Source: a virus. Taken from it: a stretch of DNA of 62,799 nt. Shown one piece after another: positions 62,702 to 62,799 of the stretch. Both the position numbers and the translations under genes were made by a program. The DNA lies in IMG/VR virus record IMGVR_UViG_3300028840_003424, one strand, 5' to 3'. Under the pieces are notes generated by a model, which saw nothing but the letters and a program-made list of their open reading frames with translations, had not been told where the DNA came from and did no database searches. How positions within the stretch are numbered: position 1 is the stretch's first letter; each line of letters starts with the position of its first letter.

Positions 62702-62799
62702 TACCTTTTTCCTATTCCCCTTGCCCCGGTTCTGTGGTACAATTGGGGCATCAAAACCGAATCGAGAAAGAGAGGGTAACATGGAAATCACAGCAAAGC
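62656..62799. repeat. Second copy of the 144-nt terminal repeat
   Basis: Identical to 1..144, including the promoter at 80-88 and the ATG at 126. Confidence 0.95.

Overview
This window looks like a complete tailed-phage (Caudoviricetes) genome assembled as a circle. The first 144 nt (1..144) are identical to the last 144 nt (62656..62799), so the unique length is 62,655 bp. The DNA is visibly GC-rich and gene-dense, and I saw no rRNA, tRNA or CRISPR.

Layout:
- 1-3.3 kb (+): small early-type genes, many with zinc-ribbon motifs.
- 3.3-37.7 kb (+): packaging and virion module. In order: small and large terminase, portal, MuF-like head protein, an unusual block (two small structural ORFs, a 1273-aa multi-LamG/CBM protein, a TIM-barrel glycosidase), scaffold/protease-like protein, major capsid candidate, two paralogous beta-helix proteins, an HhH protein, a GT2-sulfotransferase-like fusion, connector-sized ORFs, a tail-tube candidate fused to a BNR/Asp-box propeller, tail chaperone, a 922-aa tape measure, LamG-bearing distal tail proteins, and a glycosidase+CBM followed by a tail-anchored membrane protein. 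No sheath gene is recognisable, so the tail is probably siphovirus-like.
- 37.8-62.6 kb (mostly minus strand, with plus-strand islands): early/replication region. It holds a DnaG-type primase, a DEAH SF2 helicase, a second large P-loop helicase-like protein with a 4-Cys cluster, a ParB-N/DUF4417-like gene split by an in-frame TGA, nuclease-like domains (Vsr-like, GIY-YIG-like), a J-domain protein, a protein with two acidic 15-bp tandem-repeat arrays, a cluster of membrane proteins, and a decayed tyrosine-recombinase fragment. No DNA polymerase or intact integrase is recognisable.

Non-coding structure is the most striking part:
- About 17 copies of an extended -10 promoter (TGGTACAAT-like), several inside a repeated promoter-leader cassette ending in CACACGAAAGG.
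- CTAGTAC/GTACTAG heptamers concentrated between genes.
- Four copies of an AT-rich palindromic element at operon boundaries.
- Three promoters followed almost immediately by intrinsic-terminator hairpins, including a near-consensus promoter driving a ~170-nt structured ORF-less RNA ahead of the late genes.
- Several genes with apparent reading-frame interruptions (in-frame TGA, in-frame TAG, A5-run frame change, +1 junction at the tail chaperone stop). These are either recoding sites or assembly errors.

Limits: all functional calls come from motif recognition by eye, with no database search. Coordinates of small motifs were hand-counted and may be off by 1-2 nt.
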